Sequence record: MN871449.1
Strand: one strand, 5' to 3'
Length of the DNA: 64,000 nt
Positions 1 through 9,179 of the stretch are shown here, piece by piece; position 1 is the first letter of the stretch, and each line of letters starts with the position of its first letter. The notes below the pieces were generated by a model. That model was not told the origin of the DNA. It saw only the letters and a program-made list of their open reading frames with translations, and ran no database searches. Position numbers and translations under genes: made by a program.

Positions 1-162
1 GAGACCATTGCCGCCGCTTTTTCTGTTCCGGTAGATGATGTCGATCATGATATTAAAATTTATACCGAGGCCACCGAGATTATGAAAAAATCTGATAAGT
101 TAGCGGAGGCTTGGATCTCTAAAAACGGACATAGCCCGCTATTAGAAGGGTACGATGAGTAG
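1..162 (+). CDS. 3' end of small HTH-like protein (partial); paralog of next gene
   Basis: Frame 1 is open to TAG at 160-162; ETIAAAFSVPVDDVDHDI resembles EEIAFFYNIPVASVEKDI of 195..428. Confidence 0.6.
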   Translation, partial: ETIAAAFSVPVDDVDHDIKIYTEATEIMKKSDKLAEAWISKNGHSPLLEGYDE

Positions 163-194
163 TTTGACCCGCCACAGTAAAAAGGTACCTAAGG

Positions 195-428
195 ATGCAA
201 CGTGACAAATATCTGGCTTACCTGGCCGAGTTTGACGAACTGATGTCACAACTCGAAAATCCGCAGATCGCCCGAACGATGGAGAACGCTGCCAATCATG
301 GTATGCGAGTAGAAGAGATCGCTTTCTTTTACAACATCCCGGTGGCCTCGGTCGAAAAAGACATTGCGACCCTGAATAAAGTCAGGAATCTAACCACGAT
401 GATTACTGGAGATTTAAACGAATGCTAA
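195..428 (+). CDS. small HTH-like hypothetical protein
   Basis: AAGG RBS; GMRVEEIAFFYNIPVASVEKDI helix-turn-helix pattern. Confidence 0.65.
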   Translation: MQRDKYLAYLAEFDELMSQLENPQIARTMENAANHGMRVEEIAFFYNIPVASVEKDIATLNKVRNLTTMITGDLNEC

Positions 429-748
429 AGAAAATCAAAGACATTTTGTTTGGTGAGTTACGTTACAGCGAACAGTTTGTACGTTTAGTGGTGGTTCAGA
501 GTAACAAAGGCCCTTTGCATCTCTATCTGAAACAACCCGTCACGTCTCGAAAACGCTTCTCTAAGAAGCGGAAAAACGGTAACCGTTTCTGGGAGCTACA
601 AAATACCATCGCTAATCCCTTTTTCGGGAGAAGTCAACAAGAAACTCCTGCAAGTGCTCTGAACGAGATCTTAAAAGAAATAGGGTTACCCTTCCTGGTT
701 AACTGGCATCGCAACGAAGGAACTTTTTCGATTACCTTTACCGATTGA
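422..748 (+). CDS. hypothetical protein
   Basis: ORF coupled to upstream gene, GGAG RBS. Confidence 0.65.
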   Translation: MLKKIKDILFGELRYSEQFVRLVVVQSNKGPLHLYLKQPVTSRKRFSKKRKNGNRFWELQNTIANPFFGRSQQETPASALNEILKEIGLPFLVNWHRNEGTFSITFTD

Positions 749-759
749 CAGGTATTAAC

Positions 760-1095
760 ATGAAACTTGATTTGGATAATTTGCGTTTTCTTTCTGTCCC
801 TAAAAATGTAGGTAATTCCAGACAAACCAGTCGGGCAGGGTGTCTTTACAAAAGCGGCTATTTTCGCTTTACGTCCGCAGTAGACGAATTAGAAGATGGT
901 CATTTCCTGGACATCGCGTTTGACCCGGGGAAGCATCGGTTCTCTTTCCGTTTGAACGGGGACGATGTTGAAATTATCCGGCGTGGGTTTTGGGTCGGTA
1001 CTAAGGTCTACCAAGAGTTCGCTAAACGCAATAAAACTGTCGCGTTTAAATTCCCCGAGAAACCAGACGAAAACGGATGGTTCCATTCTTTGTAA
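760..1095 (+). CDS. hypothetical protein
   Basis: ATG 760 with AGGT RBS; operon packing. Confidence 0.65.
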   Translation: MKLDLDNLRFLSVPKNVGNSRQTSRAGCLYKSGYFRFTSAVDELEDGHFLDIAFDPGKHRFSFRLNGDDVEIIRRGFWVGTKVYQEFAKRNKTVAFKFPEKPDENGWFHSL

Positions 1096-1125
1096 ACGTT
1101 AAAACGTTAAAAGGTTAAAGACGTC

Positions 1126-1599
1126 ATGGCTAAGAAAGTTGATTTCGAATTGATAGCGCAGACACTAGAGAAAACGTTGATTTCTGAGACCTCGGAAATG
1201 GCGAAACGAATTGATTGGCGACGTGGTACCATTCTCCGCGAATGTCGGACAATCGGGTTTAAAATACCGCGTCAAACCGGTAAGACGAAATGGGTACTCG
1301 ATCGAGTGAAGAAAAACCCTAAGTACTCGATGGTCTTTCTCCCGACAGAAACGCTTCTGGATGACTTTGAGGCGCGTCTCTACGGTGACGCTAATCCACC
1401 GACGGAAAAGGTCAGGGCTATTGCTGGGAAACCGTATGAGCGCGGTTACACTCAGTTTTACCGCGAAGCGCCGATTACGCACGTCTACATTGACGAAGCG
1501 TATTTCTACTTTACGCGCGTTCGCAAAGAAAAGTTCTACGACGCGTTACTGACCAACTTTACATTGTCAGAAGATGTGATCATCTATTTCGTTAATTGA
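1126..1599 (+). CDS. small P-loop NTPase-like protein
   Basis: IPRQTGKT Walker A and VYIDEA Walker B. Confidence 0.65.
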   Translation: MAKKVDFELIAQTLEKTLISETSEMAKRIDWRRGTILRECRTIGFKIPRQTGKTKWVLDRVKKNPKYSMVFLPTETLLDDFEARLYGDANPPTEKVRAIAGKPYERGYTQFYREAPITHVYIDEAYFYFTRVRKEKFYDALLTNFTLSEDVIIYFVN

Positions 1600-1608
1600 C
1601 ATTGAAGA

Positions 1609-1639
1609 GAGAGGGGTTCGTCCCCTCTCATTATTTTTT
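1609..1639 (+). terminator. intrinsic terminator
   Basis: GAGAGGGG-TTCGT-CCCCTCTC then T-rich tail. Confidence 0.7.
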
Positions 1640-1694
1640 AGGCGCGTGACGTATCTGTGAACAGAATCCTCTAACGCCTCTGGAGAACGCCACC

Positions 1695-2027
1695 GTGAAA
1701 GAACGGGTAAAGAATACACTCTCTGCGCGCGTTCAGGGACATGCTCTTCATCACACCATGTTCCGTGATGCCGTAGATCCAAAGACATCCACTATCAATT
1801 TCGATATCCTTGCAGACATTTTTAAGAAACACTTTCCGTTATTAAAAGTAAAAGCAAAGAATATCGAAATCACTGTACTTAATCGTATTCTGGATGAGAA
1901 TGGGAAAACGATTGATCATGAGATCGAACGACTGGAAGCAATCCGTGTTTCTAAACACGCTAAAGGTCGGATGGTGACAAAGAAGAAAGTGCGCAGTAAA
2001 CCGATTAAAATTAAACGCCGTCGTTAA
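1695..2027 (+). CDS. hypothetical basic protein
   Basis: GTG start with GGAG RBS; K/R-rich C-terminus. Confidence 0.6.
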   Translation: MKERVKNTLSARVQGHALHHTMFRDAVDPKTSTINFDILADIFKKHFPLLKVKAKNIEITVLNRILDENGKTIDHEIERLEAIRVSKHAKGRMVTKKKVRSKPIKIKRRR

Positions 2028-2054
2028 TCATTTTTATAAAAGAAGGAAAGTAAA

Positions 2055-2675
2055 ATGGAAAGTAAAAAAATTGAAGGTGTAGAAAGTGCTATCACTGCTG
2101 AAACTCACGCGGAGAGCCGTGAAGTTCTCGGTCGCGGTCAGACGCGATTCACTACTCCGGTAGATGATCCTGCCTTTATTCCCGAAGAAAAAATGCAGTT
2201 AATAACAGCAGAAACCCCGATAGAAAAAAGTCGTCTTATTTACTTAGACGAGCCAGCTTTTATCCCCGATGTGCGTAAAGCTCAAAATCATTCGCAGTCT
2301 GGAGACACTATCGAAATAGACAGTATGTCTCAGCTCAGTGATGAGAAACCGGCGATCGAACATCCCGTTGTCAGCGTCGTTGTTAACCAAGAAGAAAAGA
2401 GTGTTACTGCGAGCTACGGCGGGAAAACGCTGATCGAACGTAACCCCGGTGACTGGTTTGTTCCGGGTAGTTTCCAGGTGATTCAGTCAGCGTTGCGGTT
2501 GGCGTGGAAAACCAAATTCAAAGAAGCGTTACCGGCTGAATTCCAAACCAGTTTCTCTTTCAACGGGGGTTTCAGTATGGGCGGAAAACGCAATCTCTTT
2601 ACTGCGCCACCGGCACGTCCGAAACGGGTCTCTAAACACGCTTCTGGGCAATCCAAAAAGAAAAAGCGTAAATAG
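2055..2675 (+). CDS. hypothetical protein with two D-x-PAFIP repeats and basic tail
   Basis: AAGGA RBS; DDPAFIPE and DEPAFIPD. Confidence 0.7.
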   Translation: MESKKIEGVESAITAETHAESREVLGRGQTRFTTPVDDPAFIPEEKMQLITAETPIEKSRLIYLDEPAFIPDVRKAQNHSQSGDTIEIDSMSQLSDEKPAIEHPVVSVVVNQEEKSVTASYGGKTLIERNPGDWFVPGSFQVIQSALRLAWKTKFKEALPAEFQTSFSFNGGFSMGGKRNLFTAPPARPKRVSKHASGQSKKKKRK

Positions 2676-2680
2676 TATTG

Positions 2681-2706
2681 TCTCCTGAGGCGAAAGCCTC
2701 AGGAGA
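2681..2706 (+). terminator. 11-bp hairpin, GAAA loop, no immediate U-tract
   Basis: TCTCCTGAGGC-GAAA-GCCTCAGGAGA directly after a stop codon. Confidence 0.55.
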
Positions 2707-2738
2707 GCTTCTATGTACTTTTAATAAGGAGATATGGT

Positions 2739-3044
2739 ATGCAGTTAGAACATCGTTTTGAGCTATTTGAAATCAAGTCGTTTGGTTTCTTCCCAGAAAA
2801 CAGCCAGATGACCGTGAAGGATTATCTGCGTGCTGTATTCGGCGCAGGTGAGTATAACACCTCTGCGTGGTTTAATGACTTCTACGCAGCTGATCGAAAA
2901 GGACTGATCCTGCACGTCAAACATCGCCATGAAAACGGAATGCTTTACGATTATTATTTCATCGGGGATTCGGTTGGAACCTGTATGGAAATGTTAGCGA
3001 ACCGTTTTCCGTTTACTAACGAAGTTATCGATTACGAGGATTAA
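2739..3044 (+). CDS. hypothetical protein
   Basis: TAAGGAG RBS. Confidence 0.7.
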   Translation: MQLEHRFELFEIKSFGFFPENSQMTVKDYLRAVFGAGEYNTSAWFNDFYAADRKGLILHVKHRHENGMLYDYYFIGDSVGTCMEMLANRFPFTNEVIDYED

Positions 3045-3046
3045 AA

Positions 3047-3415
3047 ATGGCCAGAACAATGATCTTAGAAGAAATGGATTTTGTGGATTTTCAGCCTATG
3101 CGCGATGCCGACGCCACTTTCTATATTCGTGACGGTAAACGTTTTTATTACGTAGGTGACACGAAGATCGTCGTTACCAGTGAAACCGAAGCAGAATGTA
3201 AAAAATCAACCGGCGATTCGGTGTTTGATTTTGATACGGTTTTCACTGCCGTTGTGTGGGAAGGGAAAGACATCAAAGCAGAAGGGAAAATTGTTCAGCT
3301 GATGCAAGAAGAACGTTATTTTTGTATTGTTTTTGTACCGTACGATAGAGAGAATCACGCTGTCACGGTACTGAAAGTGGGTGACCTGACACCGGAGCTG
3401 CCGCATGAAAACTGA
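3047..3415 (+). CDS. hypothetical protein
   Basis: GAGG RBS, tight packing. Confidence 0.7.
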   Translation: MARTMILEEMDFVDFQPMRDADATFYIRDGKRFYYVGDTKIVVTSETEAECKKSTGDSVFDFDTVFTAVVWEGKDIKAEGKIVQLMQEERYFCIVFVPYDRENHAVTVLKVGDLTPELPHEN

Positions 3416-3917
3416 GTTTAAAAGTGATACTCCCAACGAGACGGGTTCTGTTGAGGGTCTCCTTCCGCTCCCGTTTGACAAAATGCTGAAAACATTTAGT
3501 GCCCGCTATTGGGTGATTGTTGATAACGGCCAAGGACTGGAAATCTTAGGGGACAGCGCGACGTTTGTTATTCCGTCCAGGTGTTTAAACCTGGTTACCG
3601 ACGAAATCAATGAAGCGGGTGAGGGTTACACGATCCAATTACAAGGCGTCGATAACAACAGTGTCAGAAACTATAGGGTTTATTACGACAGTAAAGGACG
3701 AGCAGTAGAAGCACAAGAAAGTTTCCGTGACTTTATTCGCAATAAAAACGTTTATCTCGGCAATGAGTACCTGACCCGGTCAATGACCGAAAAACGGTTT
3801 AAGAATGTAGGGGCCACAGAAGAAAGTACTGAAGCGGTTGAGGTAGAGAAAAACATTATTCCAGAAGAGAAGAAACCGAGTCTTTTTAAACGTTTCTTCT
3901 CGCTGTTCCGAAAATAA
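3405..3917 (+). CDS. hypothetical protein
   Basis: Overlapping start, GGAG RBS. Confidence 0.7.
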   Translation: MKTEFKSDTPNETGSVEGLLPLPFDKMLKTFSARYWVIVDNGQGLEILGDSATFVIPSRCLNLVTDEINEAGEGYTIQLQGVDNNSVRNYRVYYDSKGRAVEAQESFRDFIRNKNVYLGNEYLTRSMTEKRFKNVGATEESTEAVEVEKNIIPEEKKPSLFKRFFSLFRK

Positions 3918-3969
3918 ACCTCTTCTCATTTGTTTGAATAGAACCTATTTCACTGTAAAGGATAAAAGA

Positions 3970-5661
3970 ATGACTGATCAAATTGTTGCTGTTAATACCG
4001 TCACCGAAGCTTCTGATCGTTTCTACGAAACCTTAGTAGACGTTATTGAACACAATCTTTCTCTGCACGATATCAACGATGACATTTATCGTGTCGATGT
4101 TGAACACAGCACGGGGAAAAGTTTATATCAGCACTACCTGGAACTTTTCCCGGAAGAAGAACGTCAGCAGTATCGCTGCAAAACCTGTGAGCGTTGGTTG
4201 AACAAATACGGTCAATACGTAACGATTGTCGACGGGTTAGTGAAGTCGATGGCGTTCAACGTTGACGTGGAAGCAGAAGGCGAACCGACGAACAACGTCT
4301 ACGCATTCGTGGCTGCGTTAAACAAAGTGATCTCAAAATGCCCGGTGGCAAACATCGTGGTTGAAAACGTCGCTGACTATTCTTTCCCGCATTCCGGTAA
4401 ATTCCGCCATTTCAACGGTACCCTGAACTGCGCGTCGAAAGAATTGATCTTCGTTTATCAGAACGACGAAGAGCGTCTGGGTAAAGAAGCAGAGGCGCGT
4501 GAGTTGGTGCGTATTCTTCAAAGCGGTCTGTTGCGCTGGGAATCGAATACCGTTCGCGCCGCTTATGAACTGTTTGAATACGGTGAACTGAAGCACCTCA
4601 CCAAGTTCAAAAACCAATTCATGAAGTGGCACAAACTCTACACCGCCTTCCATGAAACGAAAAACAACAATATCAAAACCAACCTGGTTTGGGAAGCGAT
4701 GGACTTTGATAACAAAGATATCATCCATTTCCACACTACGGCGGTTGGGGTGTTGCTCGACGATATTAAAGACGGTAATCTGCGTTACGGGATTAACCAA
4801 TTCCGCATCCGTACCGAAGGCGTCAACTACATGCGGGCAACCGAAGCCCCGACTGAAGAACAGCTGGAAAAAGCGAAAAAGCTCGTCGCTGAATTAGGGA
4901 TTGAGTCGGCGTTCCGTCGCCGTTTCGCTACGCTGGCTGATATTCAGGAATGGTTCTGGCAACCGAAAGAAACAGAAGCGGCTACTGAAGCTAAGGGAAG
5001 TATTTTCGATGGCCTGAAAACCAAAGAGAATAAAACAGAGCCTCAGCGCTCGGTAGTAAGTGGCGGGGATATTTCACTGATGCAATTTATCGCGGAGGTG
5101 TTACCGAAGGCGAAAGCGCTGTTCGTTGAGTTAAGAGGCGGGCACTACGGCCGTTATAACTTTGCGCAATTCACCGCGCAGGCCGACCCGGATGCAAAAC
5201 CGATCTATCGTTGGGACAGCGAAGAGAAACGTAACAGCGTAGCGAGCTACAGCTATCAGAACGGAAGCCCGATCGGTCAGTGGTCGGAGACAGCGGGTCA
5301 ACGTGTCAAGGTAGTGGGTATTTCGCTCACGCCAGCAGTATGGGGCGGGAAAGAAACCTTCAGCTATCAGACACCAGATCGCGGGATGCTCCTGGTACTT
5401 GAGGGCTGGAAAGATAACGTAGCGAAACAATCCGCATTGTTTGCTGAAGACCTCAATCACGAACTTCGTGACGTTCGTCGGGTTGTCGAAGCATTCTCTC
5501 AGGCGAATCCACTGGAGCAGGTCGAAGGGCAGGTTGTAGCCGGTCTGCAGATTCCGGGAAACACCGGTGTGGAGATCTACCGCAGTACGGGTGAATTCCA
5601 ACTGCTGGCGGAAAATGAAGACGGGGTAATGGTTCGCTATTCCCTGACGCGCCACTTCTAA
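3970..5661 (+). CDS. large conserved phage protein of unknown function (CxxC motif)
   Basis: Long ORF, AAGGA RBS before ATG 3970; YLELFP..RQQYRCKTC and SALFAEDL..EL..VRRVVEAFS motifs recalled from other large phages. Confidence 0.7.
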   Translation: MTDQIVAVNTVTEASDRFYETLVDVIEHNLSLHDINDDIYRVDVEHSTGKSLYQHYLELFPEEERQQYRCKTCERWLNKYGQYVTIVDGLVKSMAFNVDVEAEGEPTNNVYAFVAALNKVISKCPVANIVVENVADYSFPHSGKFRHFNGTLNCASKELIFVYQNDEERLGKEAEARELVRILQSGLLRWESNTVRAAYELFEYGELKHLTKFKNQFMKWHKLYTAFHETKNNNIKTNLVWEAMDFDNKDIIHFHTTAVGVLLDDIKDGNLRYGINQFRIRTEGVNYMRATEAPTEEQLEKAKKLVAELGIESAFRRRFATLADIQEWFWQPKETEAATEAKGSIFDGLKTKENKTEPQRSVVSGGDISLMQFIAEVLPKAKALFVELRGGHYGRYNFAQFTAQADPDAKPIYRWDSEEKRNSVASYSYQNGSPIGQWSETAGQRVKVVGISLTPAVWGGKETFSYQTPDRGMLLVLEGWKDNVAKQSALFAEDLNHELRDVRRVVEAFSQANPLEQVEGQVVAGLQIPGNTGVEIYRSTGEFQLLAENEDGVMVRYSLTRHF

Positions 5662-5680
5662 GTTTAGGAACATAAAGCCG

Positions 5681-5710
5681 GTATAGGGGAGAAATCCCCT
5701 ATACTTTTTT
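5681..5710 (+). terminator. intrinsic terminator
   Basis: GTATAGGGGA-GAAA-TCCCCTATAC + TTTTTT. Confidence 0.8.
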
Positions 5711-5720
5711 ATTTTGATTA

Positions 5721-5978
5721 ATGAAATATAAAGAAGAGGTGATTGAATTGACCACATTAGAAACTATGCTCAACGCCGCAAAATACCCTTATGATAGTGG
5801 CGAAAGATTGACTTCAAGCCCTGCCAGATTAGCTGCGCTGGCGATAATAGACGATCTCCTTGACCGTAGGGGAATCGGACATGCGCTTACTGATGTTGAC
5901 TTGGATATTAAGGAAGAGATAGTAGGCACCATGGTAGAATTCATCGAAGTTGCCATGGAATTGAACCAAAAATTATAG
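5721..5978 (+). CDS. hypothetical protein
   Basis: ORF after terminator. Confidence 0.6.
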   Translation: MKYKEEVIELTTLETMLNAAKYPYDSGERLTSSPARLAALAIIDDLLDRRGIGHALTDVDLDIKEEIVGTMVEFIEVAMELNQKL

Positions 5979-5987
5979 GAGTACAAA

Positions 5988-6368
5988 ATGGAATTCAAAT
6001 TCAAAGAAGCGGAACTCACTGAACGTTGGCTGAAACATTGCCAAAAGGAATTGGGAGAGGGAGAGAAAGTAGCAGCAGCTTTCCACTTTCAAAGGGGGAG
6101 TGTTTATAACGGAAAGAATCCCTTCGACGGGATGATCCTTGCCACTGGACCGGAATTGTCATTTCATGCGTTCCTCGATCGAGGGCAGACAAAGATATAC
6201 CTCGGTAAACTAGAGCTCTCTACTGTCGGTCTGAAGCCTCCTCATATAGGGCTCGAAAGGCTGCGACAGACTGATGACCAATTATCCCTATTACAGTTGG
6301 TTTCTGACTTTGGTCCATTAGCTGAGGGAATACGTGAATATTTCCTTGTGCAGGGGAAAGATAAATGA
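5988..6368 (+). CDS. hypothetical protein
   Basis: AGGAG RBS. Confidence 0.7.
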   Translation: MEFKFKEAELTERWLKHCQKELGEGEKVAAAFHFQRGSVYNGKNPFDGMILATGPELSFHAFLDRGQTKIYLGKLELSTVGLKPPHIGLERLRQTDDQLSLLQLVSDFGPLAEGIREYFLVQGKDK

Positions 6369-6796
6369 AACCTTTAGAACCCGGTTGTCGGGCAATAGTC
6401 ATCCGAGACTCTAAAAATCCAGAAAATGTCGGGAAAGAAGTCATTCTTGGCGTTAGTATTTCGCCAGGAAATATGCTTCAAGTCACCGTTAACGAAAATG
6501 GATTAGAGAATGTTGCAGAAGTTATCTCGGGACGGGAAGTTTGGATGGTTAATGGTAAAGTTCGGTCCTATGTGGAATTTCATTGGGGGTTAGTTGGTGG
6601 ATGCTTTAAGGGATTAGCAGAATCTTTCTTAGATTCAGGGGGTACTTATTTTAATGCTGCCTTTCGACCTCATCAACTCATGCGCATCGACGGTTTTTCC
6701 GACGAAGACAAACAAAAAGACCGCGAGCAGGAAATCGGTCGAGGACTATTAACGCCCGTAGTATGGGTGGGTGATCAATACAGCAACATCGAATAG
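6365..6796 (+). CDS. hypothetical phage protein
   Basis: Start overlaps upstream stop; MKPLEPGC..IV..N.G and F.PHQLMRIDG motifs. Confidence 0.7.
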   Translation: MKPLEPGCRAIVIRDSKNPENVGKEVILGVSISPGNMLQVTVNENGLENVAEVISGREVWMVNGKVRSYVEFHWGLVGGCFKGLAESFLDSGGTYFNAAFRPHQLMRIDGFSDEDKQKDREQEIGRGLLTPVVWVGDQYSNIE

Positions 6797-6804
6797 GATA
6801 TTAA

Positions 6805-7356
6805 GTGGACAAAGCTATGTTTACCGATATTAAGAAAATGCAGTTTAAGATCATCAAAGAAAACCAAGAGTATTTTGTTACCGGAATTCCTGAGGCAGAA
6901 GGACGAGTGTTCTTTAAAGCAAACTCTGACGTCGGGTTTAATTTGGTTGGTTTGGCGGCTGCTAGCGGGGAGTTAACATTCACCGATATGCAAATACGTA
7001 CACTGTCAAATTTTGCGGTGGACAAAGTGCTCATCCGTTACACTAAATTTAACGAAGATGGTGAACTCGAAAGTTCAGGTCACGTCGTTGTTCAGTACCC
7101 GCGTTTTCGCCCCACTCAGAATACGACGTATAACTTCCGAGTATTCGATTTAGTCAACGGGACTGAAATCGATATACCGGGGCTGATCGATGATGCATTT
7201 ATCTGCGTCGACGGGGAAGTTAACATTGAGACTTGTAATGCACGTTTCAAGATTACAGCCGAAGGTAATGAGCGGGTTAATCTGGAGGTCGTGGGTTTTA
7301 CACTAGATGTAGAAACGGGTATTTACGTAAAGGATACCGAAACCCAATCTGGTTAA
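6805..7356 (+). CDS. hypothetical protein
   Basis: GTG start, AGGA RBS. Confidence 0.65.
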   Translation: MDKAMFTDIKKMQFKIIKENQEYFVTGIPEAEGRVFFKANSDVGFNLVGLAAASGELTFTDMQIRTLSNFAVDKVLIRYTKFNEDGELESSGHVVVQYPRFRPTQNTTYNFRVFDLVNGTEIDIPGLIDDAFICVDGEVNIETCNARFKITAEGNERVNLEVVGFTLDVETGIYVKDTETQSG

Positions 7357-7368
7357 CGTCTATATCAC
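7346..7368 (+). promoter_or_regulatory. putative phage early promoter (copy 1 of 7)
   Basis: AATCTGGTTAACGTCTATATCAC fits the shared 23-nt motif. Confidence 0.5.
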
Positions 7369-7451
7369 TCTAGTGTAGAGACAACATCTCTACACTTTAT
7401 ATCTGAGAATCTAAAATTCTCTTATCTAACGTAACGGGCCACTAACTGGTC

Positions 7452-8276
7452 ATGAAAAGGAAATGTACGATGATTATTTTACCAAACGAAGTCCAAAACA
7501 CCAATGATGCTGCTCTGGTGCACCCTTATACCCCAGAGTTCCGTATTAGGCTCGGCGAAGAACGTCCTGGGCTTAAAAATTATATTATGCCGGAACGGGA
7601 TAATGAGAATTATAAAATTATCCCGGTGATTACCCATGACAAAACAACCGATATGCGTTGGCTATCGATTGCGGAACGCGTGGATGACAATAACTTAATT
7701 ATTCGTTTTATCAATCAGAAACCCTATAAGCTTTACTCAAATATTGAAGATCAAGAAGAGAGGTTCGTCTCTCAACTTGGGCGGGTTATGAATTGGTTCG
7801 GCGAATATATTTATTATTTTCTTTTAAACCGTCATGATATCGGTTTCAAGAGTGATAAGGTTATCGACGTTTATAATCAGTTACCGGTTAAGGCTGTTAC
7901 TTTAAACCCGTTCTTCGACGTAATTGCAGAATTCTGTCACGAACGTAAAATAAATGTTCCTGTTTTCGATGGAAGAAAATTCGAAGGTGGGGTCGTCCTG
8001 AAACCAAAAATCTCTGTCGTCTTCTACGCGCTTTTTGCCGGAATTAAAACGAGGGTAATGTTAAAGGCGGGTGTTAGTTTTAACTCAGAAAACGGGCCTT
8101 CGTTTGGTTTTAATTCAAACCGAGTTTATACGATTTCCCCTGCCGTAGGAGTGGATAACCTCGACCAGAATTATCGGTTACACATCGTTGAACCGGGGTT
8201 TGGTAGCAATGAACTTTCTTTGCTGAATCAGGACATCGTTAAAGCCTGGTTAAAAGCCGTGGTAGAGAGAATTTAA
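7452..8276 (+). CDS. hypothetical protein
   Basis: 274-aa ORF after promoter motif. Confidence 0.7.
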   Translation: MKRKCTMIILPNEVQNTNDAALVHPYTPEFRIRLGEERPGLKNYIMPERDNENYKIIPVITHDKTTDMRWLSIAERVDDNNLIIRFINQKPYKLYSNIEDQEERFVSQLGRVMNWFGEYIYYFLLNRHDIGFKSDKVIDVYNQLPVKAVTLNPFFDVIAEFCHERKINVPVFDGRKFEGGVVLKPKISVVFYALFAGIKTRVMLKAGVSFNSENGPSFGFNSNRVYTISPAVGVDNLDQNYRLHIVEPGFGSNELSLLNQDIVKAWLKAVVERI

Positions 8277-8389
8277 TTTCTCTTGGACAGGAAGCAATAA
8301 CAACCCAAGAGAAAAATAAAAACGTTTAATGACCTCATCGTCCTGGGAGATAGTCTCTCCCAGGACCTACGCTATAAAGGATAAAATAA

Positions 8390-8755
8390 ATGGCGATCTT
8401 ATTCCAATTCGGCGAACTCAAAGAAGACAGAGAGGACGGTAATAAACCTTTCGCACAGGTTCCCAATACTTGTCCTCTGGATAACTCGTTATTCGTTACC
8501 CACTCCAATTATCATTCGGTGGTCAATTTCACTAACAATTATCTCAATATTGTTTTCAGTGGACAAGAAAAAGAGGGTATTCTCTACGGTAAAATAGATG
8601 ACTTTTTCCTGGAGAAACTTCAATTACTGACCCGATGGCCAATGACAGAAACACAACGCAGTAACATTGGTTTTTCTGGCTTTGAAGAATTTCTAAAAAT
8701 TGCACGCTGGTGTGCCGATAATCTCGACGATCCTTATTGGGTTGCGATGCCATAA
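8390..8755 (+). CDS. hypothetical protein
   Basis: AAGGA RBS. Confidence 0.7.
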   Translation: MAILFQFGELKEDREDGNKPFAQVPNTCPLDNSLFVTHSNYHSVVNFTNNYLNIVFSGQEKEGILYGKIDDFFLEKLQLLTRWPMTETQRSNIGFSGFEEFLKIARWCADNLDDPYWVAMP

Positions 8756-8769
8756 GACGGGGAATAAAA

Positions 8770-9159
8770 ATGAATGTCCAACAAATGATTTTCATTCTTA
8801 GCGATGCTGAAGGGAAGGACATTGACCTTTGCGTGGTTATGCAATCGTATCCGGAAGAGCGACTAAAGGCATGGTTTTTGAATTTGCATATTGAAGCCGA
8901 TCACGGTTGCAGTGACAATATGGATTTTGAATACGACACGGATTTCATTGCCGATGGAAAATTCCCCACGCTGAAAGTTATTGTAAAAAGTAACTATTGG
9001 AACGACCCGGTAATTCGAGTAGCCGATGAACTGGCGCGTACTAATACCGGCGTGACCCTCCTTAAACGAGAGGTCGCTGCGTACTACCTCTCAGAAATGG
9101 ATAACATCAACATTCCTAACCCGCTCAGATTTGAAGAGCGCCTCATCACTATCGGTTAA
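8770..9159 (+). CDS. hypothetical protein
   Basis: ATG 8770 with GGGGA RBS. Confidence 0.7.
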   Translation: MNVQQMIFILSDAEGKDIDLCVVMQSYPEERLKAWFLNLHIEADHGCSDNMDFEYDTDFIADGKFPTLKVIVKSNYWNDPVIRVADELARTNTGVTLLKREVAAYYLSEMDNINIPNPLRFEERLITIG

Positions 9160-9179
9160 AGATAAAACGGGAGAATAAA

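Noticed and set aside
5131-5757. Long antisense ORFs (also 14867..15547, 16478..17020, 4333..4800)
   Set aside because: Fully overlap better-supported + strand genes with RBSs and operon coupling
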